Source of the DNA: Candidatus Bathyarchaeia archaeon
GTDB lineage: Archaea; Thermoproteota; Bathyarchaeia; Bathyarchaeales; Bathycorpusculaceae
Length of the DNA stretch: 64,000 bases
Direction of reading: 5' to 3'
Assembly (NCBI GenBank): GCA_049521795.1
Contig: JBEKOM010000008.1
Span: 1-64,000 of the forward strand
Under the pieces are notes generated by a model. That model was not told the origin of the DNA, ran no database searches, and saw only the letters and a program-made list of their open reading frames with translations. How positions within the stretch are numbered: position 1 is the first letter of the stretch; every line of letters begins with the position of its first letter. Shown in pieces: positions 1 to 10,537 of this stretch. The position numbers and the translations under genes are program-made.

Positions 1-798
1 GAAATTGCCATCCAAGAAATGAAACATGCCGCAAGCATAATAGCGCGTATTTACTATCTTGGAGGGAAAGCAACCACTAAATCCGGCAAACCTAACATTG
101 GCGACAGCATAAGCGAATTTGCAAAACTAGGCGTAAAAGCTGAAGAAGAAGCGTTAATGCTTTACCGCCAAATCATCGAGACTTCTGGGAAGATGGGCGA
201 TTGGGAAACACGTGAACTCTTCGAGAAAATCTACGGCGAAGAAGAAGGACATTTATTCAAATTCCAAGAATACACCAAATTCCAAGACGAGAAAGAAGAG
301 CCGAGCAAAGTGCCTTTGCCTAAATGGCGCAAGATATACACAGACGATTACTTTGCCCTCTTGAACAAGGCTGTTGCAGCGGAAATCACCGGAATAGTCC
401 AATACACAAATCAACATGAAAAAGCGGTTTTTCTTGAACTTCGAATGAAGAACACACCGCTAGAAACCATAACTGAAACCAACAAAGCCAACATAGTAAG
501 CAAGATACTGAAAGAAATCTTCATGCAAGAAATGGACCACTTAGAAAAAATCAGCGAAAGAATCTATTTGCTTGAAGGCGAAGCAACAACCAATCCAGAT
601 CCACTTCCAGTTGTCGGCAACACAGCTATGGATTTCCTGACATTGGATCATGCATTGGAAAGTAGCGCAATATCACTGTACCGCCAAATCATCGCTGAGG
701 CACTCAAATGCGGCGACACAACAACAAGACGCATGTTCGAAGACATAATAATTCAAGAAGAAAATCACTTCTGGACATTCGATGACTTCGTTAGATAA
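1..798 (+). CDS. Tandem ferritin/bacterioferritin-like di-iron protein (5'-truncated by window edge)
   Basis: Frame is open from base 1 (EIAIQEMKHA). Two copies of the ferritin pattern: QEMKH...EEEGH and AAE...QEMDH...E...EENH. Confidence 0.8.
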   Translation, partial: EIAIQEMKHAASIIARIYYLGGKATTKSGKPNIGDSISEFAKLGVKAEEEALMLYRQIIETSGKMGDWETRELFEKIYGEEEGHLFKFQEYTKFQDEKEEPSKVPLPKWRKIYTDDYFALLNKAVAAEITGIVQYTNQHEKAVFLELRMKNTPLETITETNKANIVSKILKEIFMQEMDHLEKISERIYLLEGEATTNPDPLPVVGNTAMDFLTLDHALESSAISLYRQIIAEALKCGDTTTRRMFEDIIIQEENHFWTFDDFVR

Positions 799-1265
799 GA
801 CTAATAATTCTTTTTTTATATCGAAAATTTTAGCGCGCGCGGGGCATGCCGCATTAGAGGAGAAGTGACAGGAAGTAAAACCGGCTATAATGGATTTCCT
901 CAAACGCTGCGATGTCTGTTAGCAAAAGAAGAGGGCTAGATTCGGGAGGAACTTGCTACACCCCAAGTTTTTGCACTATCGTTTCCAGTTGTCTTCTTGT
1001 GCTGCAGCTTCGACACTAGATTTTTAGGTTCCAGTAATCACGGTTGTTCGTGTTAGAAGTCATTAAATTGCCGAAAGAAAAGCGGAAATTAAGTTTAAAC
1101 TTTCCTGTGGACCGGCGGTTATCGGAGGCTCAACTGTTTCTGCGGTGAACAAGTTGGGATATAGATACTAACTTAGTCTAAGCGCGCGCTAGACGATGAC
1201 AGTGAATCAAATAGCAGAGCTTATATCAAGTCATCCGAATAGTGAACATCAAGGTGAAAGATCAA

Positions 1266-1769
1266 ATGGACAAGACGTTAGAGAACTTGAAAGCAGCGTT
1301 TGCAGGCGAGTCTCAGGCAAACAGACGTTACGTAGCATTTGCCCAGAAGGCCGAGGAAGAAGGCCGACCGCAGGTCGCAAAACTGTTCAGGGCAGCTGCT
1401 GAGGCAGAGACTGTCCACGCGTTGAACCATATGAGAGTCATAGGAGAAGTTAAAACAACGGCTGAAAACCTGAACGCTGCTGTTGGTGGAGAAACCTTCG
1501 AGTTCAAACAGATGTATCCCGAATACCTCAAGATGGCGAAGGAAGAGAAGAATAGTCAAGCAACATGGAGCTTCAACGTGGCAAACCAGGTTGAACAGGT
1601 CCACGCAAAACTCTTCACAAAAGCAGTCAATGCCTTGAAAGCCGGCAAAGAACCGCCAAAAGCCGAATACTACGTTTGCAGCGTCTGCGGCAACACTGTC
1701 GAAGATGAACCGCCTGAAAAATGTCCGATCTGCGGAAACCCGAAGTCGAAGTTCTTCAAGGCAGCTTAA
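1266..1769 (+). CDS. rbr: Rubrerythrin
   Basis: TLENLKAAFAGESQANRRY, EAETVHA, EQVH di-iron motifs; C-terminal CSVCG...CPICG rubredoxin-like site. Confidence 0.93.
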   Translation: MDKTLENLKAAFAGESQANRRYVAFAQKAEEEGRPQVAKLFRAAAEAETVHALNHMRVIGEVKTTAENLNAAVGGETFEFKQMYPEYLKMAKEEKNSQATWSFNVANQVEQVHAKLFTKAVNALKAGKEPPKAEYYVCSVCGNTVEDEPPEKCPICGNPKSKFFKAA

Positions 1770-1797
1770 TACCGATCTTTCTCACGGTCTGTCCCGG

Positions 1798-2139
1798 ATG
1801 CCCGAGCCGATGATCATCAAAACACCGAGAGAGTTCTTCGAGAAGACTTTGCCGAGCAGGTTCGACCCAAGCAAGGCAGCGGGGCTTGAGGCGGTGGTCC
1901 AGATGAACATCACGGGGTCCGACGGAGGAGACTGGACGATAACCATCAAAAACGGAAAGATTGAAGTAAAGGAGGGAACCCATCCGTCTCCTGAAATCGC
2001 GATCAAAATCGTTGACACGGACTTTGTTGACTTGATCAACCGCAAACAGAACGCTCTGACAGCGTTCATGTCTGGCAAAATCCAGTTCAAGGGAAGCTTG
2101 GCCCTCGGGCTTAGACTCATGGACGCTGGGTTCTTCTAA
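1798..2139 (+). CDS. SCP2 sterol/lipid-binding domain protein
   Basis: GGDWTITIKNG...AFMSGKIQFKGSLALGLRL is typical of SCP2. Confidence 0.85.
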   Translation: MPEPMIIKTPREFFEKTLPSRFDPSKAAGLEAVVQMNITGSDGGDWTITIKNGKIEVKEGTHPSPEIAIKIVDTDFVDLINRKQNALTAFMSGKIQFKGSLALGLRLMDAGFF

Positions 2140-2191
2140 GATGCATTAAGGCTTTTCCTCCCTCATGGTCTGATGCGACAAGAAGTGATGG

Positions 2192-2923
2192 ATGATGAAT
2201 CCTACGTACAAGGGTTCCGTTGAATCGCTCAAGGATTTCTGGGAGCGCAGAAGCGAATCGTTCGAAAGGGACTATGGCATACGCACGGAAGGAATCATCA
2301 AGATAGTCAAAGAGATTGCAGAGTTGATTGAGGACAGGCTGGTCCTCGACATCGGGTGCGGTCCTGGAATCGCTGGAAAGCTTTTTCCAAAGAACAGCGA
2401 AACCGTGGGTCTAGACTTCTCCATCTCAATGCTGAGAAGTGCAAAGAATCGCATTCGACAACTGGTTCTAGGAGACTCTCTCAACCTTCCATTCGGCAGT
2501 GAGACTTTTGAAATTGTGACCTGTTTCTTCGTAGCCTCAGACTATTCACAAAAGGAAAAAATCTTTTCAGAAGCCTTTCGAATCCTCAAGGGCAAAGGGC
2601 TGCTACTGTTTGCGGACTACTCATCCGGGGACGCGCATTGGAAGCTCAGGAGAAGAATTCGTCCAGTCATAGGCGAAAGCTGCGACATTTACATAGAGGA
2701 CGAGAAGAGCCTTTCGAACAAGCTGGAGCAGACCGGGTTCAAGGTTCGAGAAGCCAAGCTTATCCGATTCAACGCTGCCTTTGAACTCAGGCGGTACGTA
2801 AGAACGGAAACGGAATTACAACTGTTGAAAGAAACCGACCCTGACCTTTTTACGCATCTTCAAGGCCTGACAGAACGCAAGAGAATCAGGCGAGAATTCA
2901 TACTCCTATTCGCCAGAAAATAG
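2192..2923 (+). CDS. Class I SAM-dependent methyltransferase
   Basis: VLDIGCGPG, GLDFSISML, GDSLNLPF motifs. Confidence 0.85.
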   Translation: MMNPTYKGSVESLKDFWERRSESFERDYGIRTEGIIKIVKEIAELIEDRLVLDIGCGPGIAGKLFPKNSETVGLDFSISMLRSAKNRIRQLVLGDSLNLPFGSETFEIVTCFFVASDYSQKEKIFSEAFRILKGKGLLLFADYSSGDAHWKLRRRIRPVIGESCDIYIEDEKSLSNKLEQTGFKVREAKLIRFNAAFELRRYVRTETELQLLKETDPDLFTHLQGLTERKRIRREFILLFARK

Positions 2924-3013
2924 CAGGCTCTTCACTCAACTCTTTGTGCTGACAAGGCAACCCGTGCAGTGTAAAAGGCTATTAGTGGAGTATGACAAAT
3001 ATCCAACGGGTAT

Positions 3014-3466
3014 ATGATGGATTTCACAATTCCTCACACGATGGAGATAGAGCACGAGACGCTACATAAGGAACTGAGAAAAGGAACAAGAGCTGGCGGC
3101 GAAACAGGAGAAGCAGCAAAGAAATTGGCGAAGATTCTGCATCCACACTTTGTGAAAGAGGAAGACTTTGCCCTACCTCCGCTTGGGCTGTTGCCTCTGC
3201 TTTCAAAGTGCAGGGTGACTCCAGACATGAAGGACATCTTGCTGATGACTGACAAGCTGAAGACAGAGCTTAACCTGATGTTAAAGGAACACAAACAAAT
3301 ACTCCGTGCCCTCAAGAAACTGGTCGCCGCCGCAAAGAAAGAAAGGAAAATGGAATACCTCCGATTTGCCGAAAAACTCACTCTACACGCGCAGGCTGAA
3401 GAAGAATTGTACTATCCTGCCGCTATACTCGTAGGCGAATACGTGAAGCTTAGACTTGGAAAATAG
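3014..3466 (+). CDS. Hemerythrin (HHE) domain protein
   Basis: EH, HFVKEE, EH, HAQAEEELYYP pattern. Confidence 0.8.
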   Translation: MMDFTIPHTMEIEHETLHKELRKGTRAGGETGEAAKKLAKILHPHFVKEEDFALPPLGLLPLLSKCRVTPDMKDILLMTDKLKTELNLMLKEHKQILRALKKLVAAAKKERKMEYLRFAEKLTLHAQAEEELYYPAAILVGEYVKLRLGK

Positions 3467-3486
3467 CTTCAAGTTCCTTTGTTTCT

Positions 3487-4029
3487 TCAGTCACCCTTGA
3501 TCTTCCTCACATTTGCCTTTTCCAGCGTCAATATGATGGGTAAGGTTATCGCAAGCGTTAGTATTCCACCAACTAGATGCCATCCTCCCCAAAAAGTCAG
3601 CGCCCATTGAAGCGTTTGGTTGGGCGTGAACATCACGCCGATCAATACTCCGGCAATATAGGCAGATACAATCGTCGCAATGGCTGCTATTGCCAAGCTG
3701 TATATTGAAATGCGGATTCTGTGCCGACTTACAAACATTAGCAGGTCAAAGATTACTGCTGAAGCCGCAAAACAGATTATAAGCGGTGGGCCTCCTAGGA
3801 GTATAGCAACCATTGAGCCTATGACGCCGACCAACAGGCTTGTGCCGAACCGCCCTGTCGCCCATGTGACGAGTAGCAATGGAAAGAAAACTGCAAAATC
3901 ATGGAGTATTGGAAGCTGCAGCAGTTGAAAACTCAAGGGTCCCAAAGTCAAGTTTAAGGCCGCGAAAACGGCACAGAAGACACCTGTTAGCGCAACGTCG
4001 ACTGTTGTAAGGTAGGTCCTGCTGCTCAC
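3487..4029 (-). CDS. ECF-type S-component-like membrane protein, divergent from nikR
   Basis: About 5-6 hydrophobic segments; N-terminal TTVDVALTGVFCAVFAAL resembles S-component helix 1. GTG start at 4029 lies about 25 nt downstream of a TATA box. Confidence 0.6.
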   Translation of the reverse strand: MSSRTYLTTVDVALTGVFCAVFAALNLTLGPLSFQLLQLPILHDFAVFFPLLLVTWATGRFGTSLLVGVIGSMVAILLGGPPLIICFAASAVIFDLLMFVSRHRIRISIYSLAIAAIATIVSAYIAGVLIGVMFTPNQTLQWALTFWGGWHLVGGILTLAITLPIILTLEKANVRKIKGD

Positions 4030-4040
4030 TTTCTCACTCA

Positions 4041-4068
4041 GTAACACTATTTTATACAACAGTAACAC
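4041..4068. promoter_or_regulatory. Putative NikR operator overlapping the TATA box of the divergent transporter gene
   Basis: GTAACA-N16-TAACAC (28 bp; GTAACAC twice) with TATAAAA on the minus strand in the spacer; same 6-16-6 geometry as the E. coli NikR operator. Confidence 0.55.
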
Positions 4069-4121
4069 TCAACCTGCATAAAAACTTTATTTGAGAACGC
4101 GATAGAACCAAGTGTGAAATA

Positions 4122-4529
4122 ATGACGAACATAGTGAGGTTGGGCGTAACGTTTCCCCCGGAGCTGCTCGCCGATTTTGACAAAATCACGCGCAGAATGG
4201 GCTACAGCAACCGTTCCAAGGCTGTTCAGGACGCCGTTAGAATGTTCATCTCTGAGAAAGAGTGGCTTCAAAAGGAAAAGGAAAGTCAGGCTGGAGTCTT
4301 GATGATGCTTTACGATCATGAAGTCAGAGGCCTGGAGAGCGCGCTCACAGACTTGCAGCACCATTTTTCGGAGTTAATATGTTCTACGATGCACATTCAC
4401 CTCAGCGAAAGAGAATGTCTTGAAGCGATAGCTGTCAAAGGAGATGGCACGGAAATTCGCAAGCTGAGCAATGAACTTGCTACGAAAAAAGGAGTCAAAC
4501 TGCTGAGAACCATGGTTGTTTCCCTCTAA
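4122..4529 (+). CDS. nikR: Nickel-responsive regulator NikR
   Basis: RHH N-terminus (RLGVTFPPELLADFD...YSNRSKAVQDA), YDH, QH, HIH...CLE Ni-binding motif. Confidence 0.95.
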   Translation: MTNIVRLGVTFPPELLADFDKITRRMGYSNRSKAVQDAVRMFISEKEWLQKEKESQAGVLMMLYDHEVRGLESALTDLQHHFSELICSTMHIHLSERECLEAIAVKGDGTEIRKLSNELATKKGVKLLRTMVVSL

Positions 4530-4745
4530 CACCAATGCCCCGAATTTCACGTGCGCCTTTTCCCGTCTATTCTTGAGTGAAGTCGCCTGATCAAATGCGC
4601 ATCTTCTGGGAGTTCCTGAGTGCATGTGCGCAACTGCTCCTGGGCTCAGCATATGCATAAGATATGACCCTAGTAGCCTTGTGAGCAACCTCCGACCGCG
4701 AACCCGATTTGACACGTGTGAAAGAATTGCAAGTGGGGCGCGCGG

Positions 4746-5099
4746 ATGTTTGTCATGTTTGGCCTTTCCGAGATGTTGGTGCACCAGTACAATGTTATGC
4801 AGCACCTCTTTGAAAATGCTTCCTGCACGACGTGCCCGCTAAGGAACAAAGATAATAGACGCGTGGTTTCGATCAGATTTGGCAAGGGTTTAGCTTTGTC
4901 AGCCAAAACAAGACTCTTGATACTCGCAGTGTCTGTTGGGGTGGTGCTCTTCGCAATTTTCTACTACCTAGAAGGAATCAACTATCCATATGTGATTCGA
5001 TATCCGATTCTTGTTGCGACTGTGATTCTGTTCATGGTGATAGTGGCGACGTTAGTATTTACGATGGGGAGGCGGGTGGGCGTTCCGCTTCCTTCATAA
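4746..5099 (+). CDS. Hypothetical small membrane protein (start uncertain)
   Basis: Two hydrophobic segments in the C-terminal half; no recognised family. Confidence 0.3.
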   Translation: MFVMFGLSEMLVHQYNVMQHLFENASCTTCPLRNKDNRRVVSIRFGKGLALSAKTRLLILAVSVGVVLFAIFYYLEGINYPYVIRYPILVATVILFMVIVATLVFTMGRRVGVPLPS

Positions 5100-5440
5100 G
5101 CGCTCTTGAACTAGGTTCTTGGTGTGCACAATTCTATCGAATTGCTCGGGTTTGATTTTGGAATATTTACCCAACCAACAACCAATCAAGAACTGGACAG
5201 TTCCTCGAATGTGCAATACGCGTGACCGGTCGAACCGCTAGGTTCATGCCCGGCGCGTCTCCTCCGCTTGAAACCAAGTCCAATCTTTTCAAGATTCCTC
5301 CCAAACTATAGGTTTGCGGGAACCTTTACCATTAACGTTTTCGTTTTTCACGAAAAAGTTTCCAGGTTAACATTGCTTCGAGACCAACGATGTGAAGGAA
5401 AACTTGGAATATGTTTCTTTCAAGCAGCGCGCGTTTTTCC

Positions 5441-7210
5441 CTAGCTTGATGAAGAGAGATGCTGTGATAATGAATGCGCGTCAAGCGCGGGGATCTCCAC
5501 CCATATTTCATCTCTCGTCTCAGCCCTAGCTTTTGTAGGTATGAATACTGTAGCGGTAGTTCCTCTACCTATGGTGCTCTCAAACGACAGAGAGCCTCCG
5601 TGAGCTTCCACTAAGCGCTTAGAGATTGACAAGCCGAAACCCATGCCTTTGGCCTTGGTAGTGAAAAGTGGTGTACAAATTTTGCCTAATGTTTCTTTCG
5701 ACATTCCACAGCCCGTGTCTGAGAATGTGAATTTGACACCATCATTGACCTCAACACTCTTTATAATCAATGATCCACCTTCGGGCATCGCGTCTACACC
5801 GTTTTTGATCAAGTTGACGAAAACTCGCTTCATCTTTTCTGCGTCAACAGCTATTTCTGTCGCGTTTTCTGTCAGGTCTACGACCTCTATATTCTTGGGA
5901 ATGTCCACTAGTGACAGTGCTTCTTTCGCCAGCAGTTTAGGAGTAGTGTCAACATATTCAAGCTGGATCTTCCTAGAATAATCCAGTAGATCGCTGACAA
6001 TCTTATCGGAGTAGGCAACGTTGTCCTCGATAATCTTCAACATCTCTCTGCCTTTTGCGTCCATTTTTGATTCGTATTTTGTTTTCACGTAGTATTCAGC
6101 TCCTAAAATTCCTGTCAACGGGTTGCGCAGATCATGACCAACCATGCCCGCCAATTCCTCAATGGCAGCCAATCTCTGCGATATCGCATCCTTGATTGCG
6201 TCTGCCAGAATGGACGTTTCATCAGTTCCTAAACGTGAAACGGAATGCAAGCGGTATTCTCTTATTCCCATTCCTTTTACAGTCTTTGTCAGTTTCGATA
6301 GTGGCGATAGCATGCCTTTTTCCAAAAGAATAATCATCGCAGCGCCGAATATTCCGCAGATCGCCGCCACTATGGCAATGAAATAGGTGGCGGTTGTCAA
6401 ACCTTGTTTGTAGATGTCTCTTGGCAAATCTATCCTCAATATGAGGGAAGGGTTCGAAAAGACATCGTTGAGCAGCGCATATCCACCGACAGAGTCTGCG
6501 TTCAATGGTTCTACGAAGATGGGAGCAGTATTCGACAATGATGAACGAGCGATCTGAAAGTCTTTCTGAATCTGTGGGTCGTTGAATCGGCTTACAGTCA
6601 TAGGAAAGCGTAGAGTGGTTGATATGTAGCTAATTTCGCTGGAGCCGATGTATCTTGCCATTATCAGTGCTCCTCTGATGGGTCCTTCGTTTTGACTTGT
6701 CAGGATCGGCTGGGAAGAGAATATCAGTGGTTCCTGCGGGAGCAGGATAATGCCTTCCATTTTGCTGTCTATGGTTGTGAAGTTCCAAAGCGCGGGTTCG
6801 GATGATATTTCCTCATTGATGCCCTGCGGCATCGTCATTTCCGTATCGTTACTTAGGTCGAAAGCTTTCCCATAGACGATGTTTCCAGACGCGTTGATGA
6901 AGAGCATCAGATTTAGCCTTAAGTTAATGAAGACTGAATTGTCCAGATTTAATGCAATGTAGCTTTCATTGAGAGTCTGGACAAAGTCGTATGTGTCGTC
7001 CCAGAATGCCCAGTCACTCACTTTGCTGCTGATATCTGCCCGTTCATTGGACAGCACATTGATTGTCCGTGAAACGCTTTCAGTCGTCTTCTGTTTTTCC
7101 AAAGTGACGTAACTCTGGAGGAAGATGACGTTGACTATGGCATAGATAGCCACGAATATGGTTATCATCAGTGCGGCGACAATTATGAGCACTTTGCTCC
7201 GCATTTTCAT
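5441..7210 (-). CDS. CHASE4-domain sensor histidine kinase
   Basis: TM, DWAFWDDTYDFV (CHASE4), second TM, H-box GHDLRNPL, N-box NLIKNGVDAM, G1 DTGCG, G2 GMGFGL. Confidence 0.92.
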   Translation of the reverse strand: MKMRSKVLIIVAALMITIFVAIYAIVNVIFLQSYVTLEKQKTTESVSRTINVLSNERADISSKVSDWAFWDDTYDFVQTLNESYIALNLDNSVFINLRLNLMLFINASGNIVYGKAFDLSNDTEMTMPQGINEEISSEPALWNFTTIDSKMEGIILLPQEPLIFSSQPILTSQNEGPIRGALIMARYIGSSEISYISTTLRFPMTVSRFNDPQIQKDFQIARSSLSNTAPIFVEPLNADSVGGYALLNDVFSNPSLILRIDLPRDIYKQGLTTATYFIAIVAAICGIFGAAMIILLEKGMLSPLSKLTKTVKGMGIREYRLHSVSRLGTDETSILADAIKDAISQRLAAIEELAGMVGHDLRNPLTGILGAEYYVKTKYESKMDAKGREMLKIIEDNVAYSDKIVSDLLDYSRKIQLEYVDTTPKLLAKEALSLVDIPKNIEVVDLTENATEIAVDAEKMKRVFVNLIKNGVDAMPEGGSLIIKSVEVNDGVKFTFSDTGCGMSKETLGKICTPLFTTKAKGMGFGLSISKRLVEAHGGSLSFESTIGRGTTATVFIPTKARAETRDEIWVEIPALDAHSLSQHLSSSS

Positions 7211-7998
7211 ATGCTCATCTGCCTCTAGCCAAGACTTCCATGTCTTTGTGTTCCCAGATGTGTTACTCTGAGACAGAGTAGTCTTCAAATCGATGGAAGA
7301 GAGTAAAAAGGATTATGAATGCCCTGTAAAGATTGAAACTCGATTAAAAACGACGCGCGGTGTTTGTATGTCTGTTTGGGATAAAACTTTACCATCGCAC
7401 ACGCTTGCGTGATGTTCTCAAAAACAGATTCGGTATGATAGAAACAAGGCAGAATTAGGTTTGGCGGGGTCGCTTAGGTCAAAGCCTGCGTTTGGCCTCT
7501 TAGGCCCTCTCTATTGGCATCTTGTCGGTTTTCAGCACACGCTTAGTCAATAGTGTAAATCTCTTGAATTGAAAGAATATACAGGTACCTTATGTTTTCA
7601 AGGTCCTAGTTTTCTTCTTTTTGCAGCACAAACGCGCTTTTTTCAACGTTGTCTACTGAAAAAAGCAAAAAATACTTCGAATGGCTAACTCTTAATGGAT
7701 GAGTGTGGCGGATGGTGGTTCTTCCTTCTCCTTTCATTCTGCCATCCTCCTCATGAAACATGTTTTATGCGTACTAATTCCGAAAGCATCTCGGAAAATG
7801 GAAAAGGGCAAGAAATTGATTCCAAGCAGTTCACCAGGTTCTAGCGCGTGCTTGCTTGTTAATGCTCGCGGTGGGCTTATTATGGGTTTTTCGATCAAGA
7901 CGACGACTGTGAGCTGGTTTTTTGTGGCTGATGGGTTGATGCTCCAGCTCTTGCCATGGTTGAGCGTGTCCTGATCTGGTTCGTGAGTTCAGCTGTGC

Positions 7999-10296
7999 TC
8001 AAGCTGGCAGTTTGGTTTGTCGCTGTCCTCTAACCTCATCATAAGTGGTCTTTACGGAATAGCCGAAAGGGCTGAGCATGTTGGCGGCTGACGCGTATAG
8101 AAGGAGCAGGTACTTCTTGACGTCTGAGCTCGTGTTCTTCTCTATCAGCTCTTCAGCCGTAACCCTTCGGTCGTAGCGTTTGTTCTCGGCGCTGGTGAAG
8201 AGGAACTTCACGTTTTTTCCAGCGGCAACTTCGACGCCTTCTTTCATCAGTTGTTTGGCTGCGATGACTTGACTGATCATCTGCTTGTACCTCTTTGGGT
8301 CCTTGGACATGTGCTTCGTGATTATCAGGTCCCAGACTGAAACGTCTCCTGCAAGGAGTTTCTCTCTGAAGTCTCTTAAAACCTTCAACGCGTCAGGGAT
8401 CTTCTCCAGAAATTCCTTCGAGTTCTTGGCCTCTGCAAGCACTTCCAGCATTCTGGTCTGAGCATCATGCACAAATGGAGGAGTGTCTCTTCTTCTAACC
8501 TCCAGGCCTCTGACCTTGATTTTGCCACTCTCCATCACTCCGTAGTAGCGATTCAAAACGCCGACGTTCGGGTGCATTCTGGACGGTAGAAACACGATCC
8601 AGTTGTAGCGGCCTTCAAAGCTCAGTGGGATCTTGGTCTCTTCAGCGATCTGTCTGCAGAGTTCGTGATATTCTTCGTCTGTGGCCCCTTTCTTCTTCAG
8701 CCACAGAGAATCAACGATGCCATGAATGACCCTGAACCCGTTTTGTTCGGCCATTCTTGACGCTTTCAGGAAAGCATCTCTGCCGAAAGCACAGACGCCG
8801 ATGTGTCCGTCTACTGTCCCGAACCTTGCGTTTCTGTAGCCGAGATAGCCAAAACACGTGACGAGAATCCATTTCAAAGCCGTCTGACGATTATCATAAA
8901 CCGTCCTGAGTCTCTCGTCGTCGGTCTCCGATTTCAGCTTCTTGTAGTGAAGCCTCTTCGCGATCACGGGCTTCAGAGCCTTGGGAACGATTCCAACCTT
9001 TTTCTCGCAGATGTTGTATCCAAGCTCGGGAATGCGGAGTTTCGAGTTGGGGCAGCATTTGCAGAGAACCGTTTCGGCAGAAATGTTGTTATTAACCATC
9101 ACAGTCGGGTACATTGAGGCAAAGTCAACTTCGCCAACGTCGTCGTGAACTCCAACCTCTGGCTCATAAACGAAGCCTCCTCGGTCTCCGACTAGCAGCT
9201 CGAGAGTGGATTTGAAGGCTTCTGGGATGCTCTTGTTCCTAGGAACTAAAACGTCGTCTTTTATGGCTTGGTAGAACTGAATGGACGACATGCTTGAGCC
9301 GATTGACGAACGCGCAGCCGTGTGCAACGATACCCTGCAGGTTCTGGCTATCTCATACAGCCCGTCCAGTCCACACTCAGCCAAGATGAACGTGTTCTTC
9401 TCGTCGACATGGACCCTGCCGTACAATCGTCTCATCGGAGCGCGATAGTACGTTCGCCCATAGGAAAAGAAGGTTCTCCCTCGAACGTTTCTTGCAACAA
9501 GAGGAACCCCGTCTCGGCTCAGAACAAGCTCATCCAAAACCCCATTGATGACTGCCCTGCGCACGAGATACGGGAAAAGATAGGAATCTCCACCTTTGGT
9601 AACGATTATGTCTGGGTCAAGTTCTGCGACAGTTCGTACGAGCCGAAGCAGTATGTCTTTCTCATCACCCGAATCAACGATCACCTTTTCATCGCCTTGG
9701 CTCACGACCACCTTGCCAATCGGGTCAGTGATCTTGGCGATCTTGCCCTGTTTGGCGACTTCGACGTCGACTTTCGAGATGCGCAACGGCGGAACTGCAT
9801 AGTCCTCGCTTTCAGCGGAATCTAGAAGACGATATTTCAACTGGGAACCTTCAGGCGCAACCTCGACGAACGCCAGAGGAAAAACATCGCGATTGTAGAA
9901 GTACAGCTGCTCGTGTTTCAAGTCGCAATTGAAAACGCGATACTGCAAGTATCTTCCAGCCTTGAGGACTCTCCGAGTAAACGACGGTGACGCTCGACAG
10001 TCTTTCAGAGTCACTTCCAGGACTTTAGACTGCTCTGAGTCAGTTGTGTCTACGTATCTTCGGACAAAATCCCAGGAGACAACGGCCCTATCGTAGATGA
10101 ATTGCCCGGCAAGTCTCTCCAGGCTGTCTTCATTGCCTGAAACGTAGATTTTGGGCTTGAAACTGTCCGTAAAGCGTAGGCGTTCTCCGTTTTCAGCTAT
10201 GACCCAAACCGCGAACTCTCCAAGCCCAGAAGGATATACGTCGAGTACCCAGCCTTTCACCCGATCATGGTTGGGCAAGCTTCTGCTTGATTGCAA
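7999..10296 (-). CDS. polB2: Family B DNA polymerase, archaeal PolB2 group
   Basis: Motif A DFASMYP, motif B RQTALKWILVTCFGYLG, altered motif C HGIVDS, KVRGLEVRRRD; degenerate exonuclease domain. Confidence 0.9.
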   Translation of the reverse strand: MQSSRSLPNHDRVKGWVLDVYPSGLGEFAVWVIAENGERLRFTDSFKPKIYVSGNEDSLERLAGQFIYDRAVVSWDFVRRYVDTTDSEQSKVLEVTLKDCRASPSFTRRVLKAGRYLQYRVFNCDLKHEQLYFYNRDVFPLAFVEVAPEGSQLKYRLLDSAESEDYAVPPLRISKVDVEVAKQGKIAKITDPIGKVVVSQGDEKVIVDSGDEKDILLRLVRTVAELDPDIIVTKGGDSYLFPYLVRRAVINGVLDELVLSRDGVPLVARNVRGRTFFSYGRTYYRAPMRRLYGRVHVDEKNTFILAECGLDGLYEIARTCRVSLHTAARSSIGSSMSSIQFYQAIKDDVLVPRNKSIPEAFKSTLELLVGDRGGFVYEPEVGVHDDVGEVDFASMYPTVMVNNNISAETVLCKCCPNSKLRIPELGYNICEKKVGIVPKALKPVIAKRLHYKKLKSETDDERLRTVYDNRQTALKWILVTCFGYLGYRNARFGTVDGHIGVCAFGRDAFLKASRMAEQNGFRVIHGIVDSLWLKKKGATDEEYHELCRQIAEETKIPLSFEGRYNWIVFLPSRMHPNVGVLNRYYGVMESGKIKVRGLEVRRRDTPPFVHDAQTRMLEVLAEAKNSKEFLEKIPDALKVLRDFREKLLAGDVSVWDLIITKHMSKDPKRYKQMISQVIAAKQLMKEGVEVAAGKNVKFLFTSAENKRYDRRVTAEELIEKNTSSDVKKYLLLLYASAANMLSPFGYSVKTTYDEVRGQRQTKLPA

Positions 10297-10537
10297 CGAG
10301 TCCCTTCTCCAGACGATTCAGTTTCTTTTGTTGTTCCAGCAGGATTGACATGACCATCGGCTCAAAAATCTCAGGTCGTGTTGAATTGCTTCCTGCGGAG
10401 GCGTGGTTTCTGCACGCGTCGGTCATCTGTTCAAACGCGCTTCTGTCATCAGCGCGCAGAGCCTTGACAAACCCGTTCCAGCTCTGAATCTCCGTGTCTA
10501 AAGCAAGTCGATAAGACTCAACCGTCTTTCCCATCAT
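10265..10537 (-). CDS. Small PolB2-associated helical protein
   Basis: MGKTVESYR...W..F.KALR..DR..FEQM...EPMVMSILLE pattern; overlaps both neighbours in the polB2 operon. Confidence 0.8.
   Translation of the reverse strand: MMGKTVESYRLALDTEIQSWNGFVKALRADDRSAFEQMTDACRNHASAGSNSTRPEIFEPMVMSILLEQQKKLNRLEKGLVAIKQKLAQP

Noticed and set aside
7999-10296. PolB as a casposon or viral polymerase
   Set aside because: It has the PolB2 signature and cellular triad context, with no Cas1, terminal repeats or protein-priming features.
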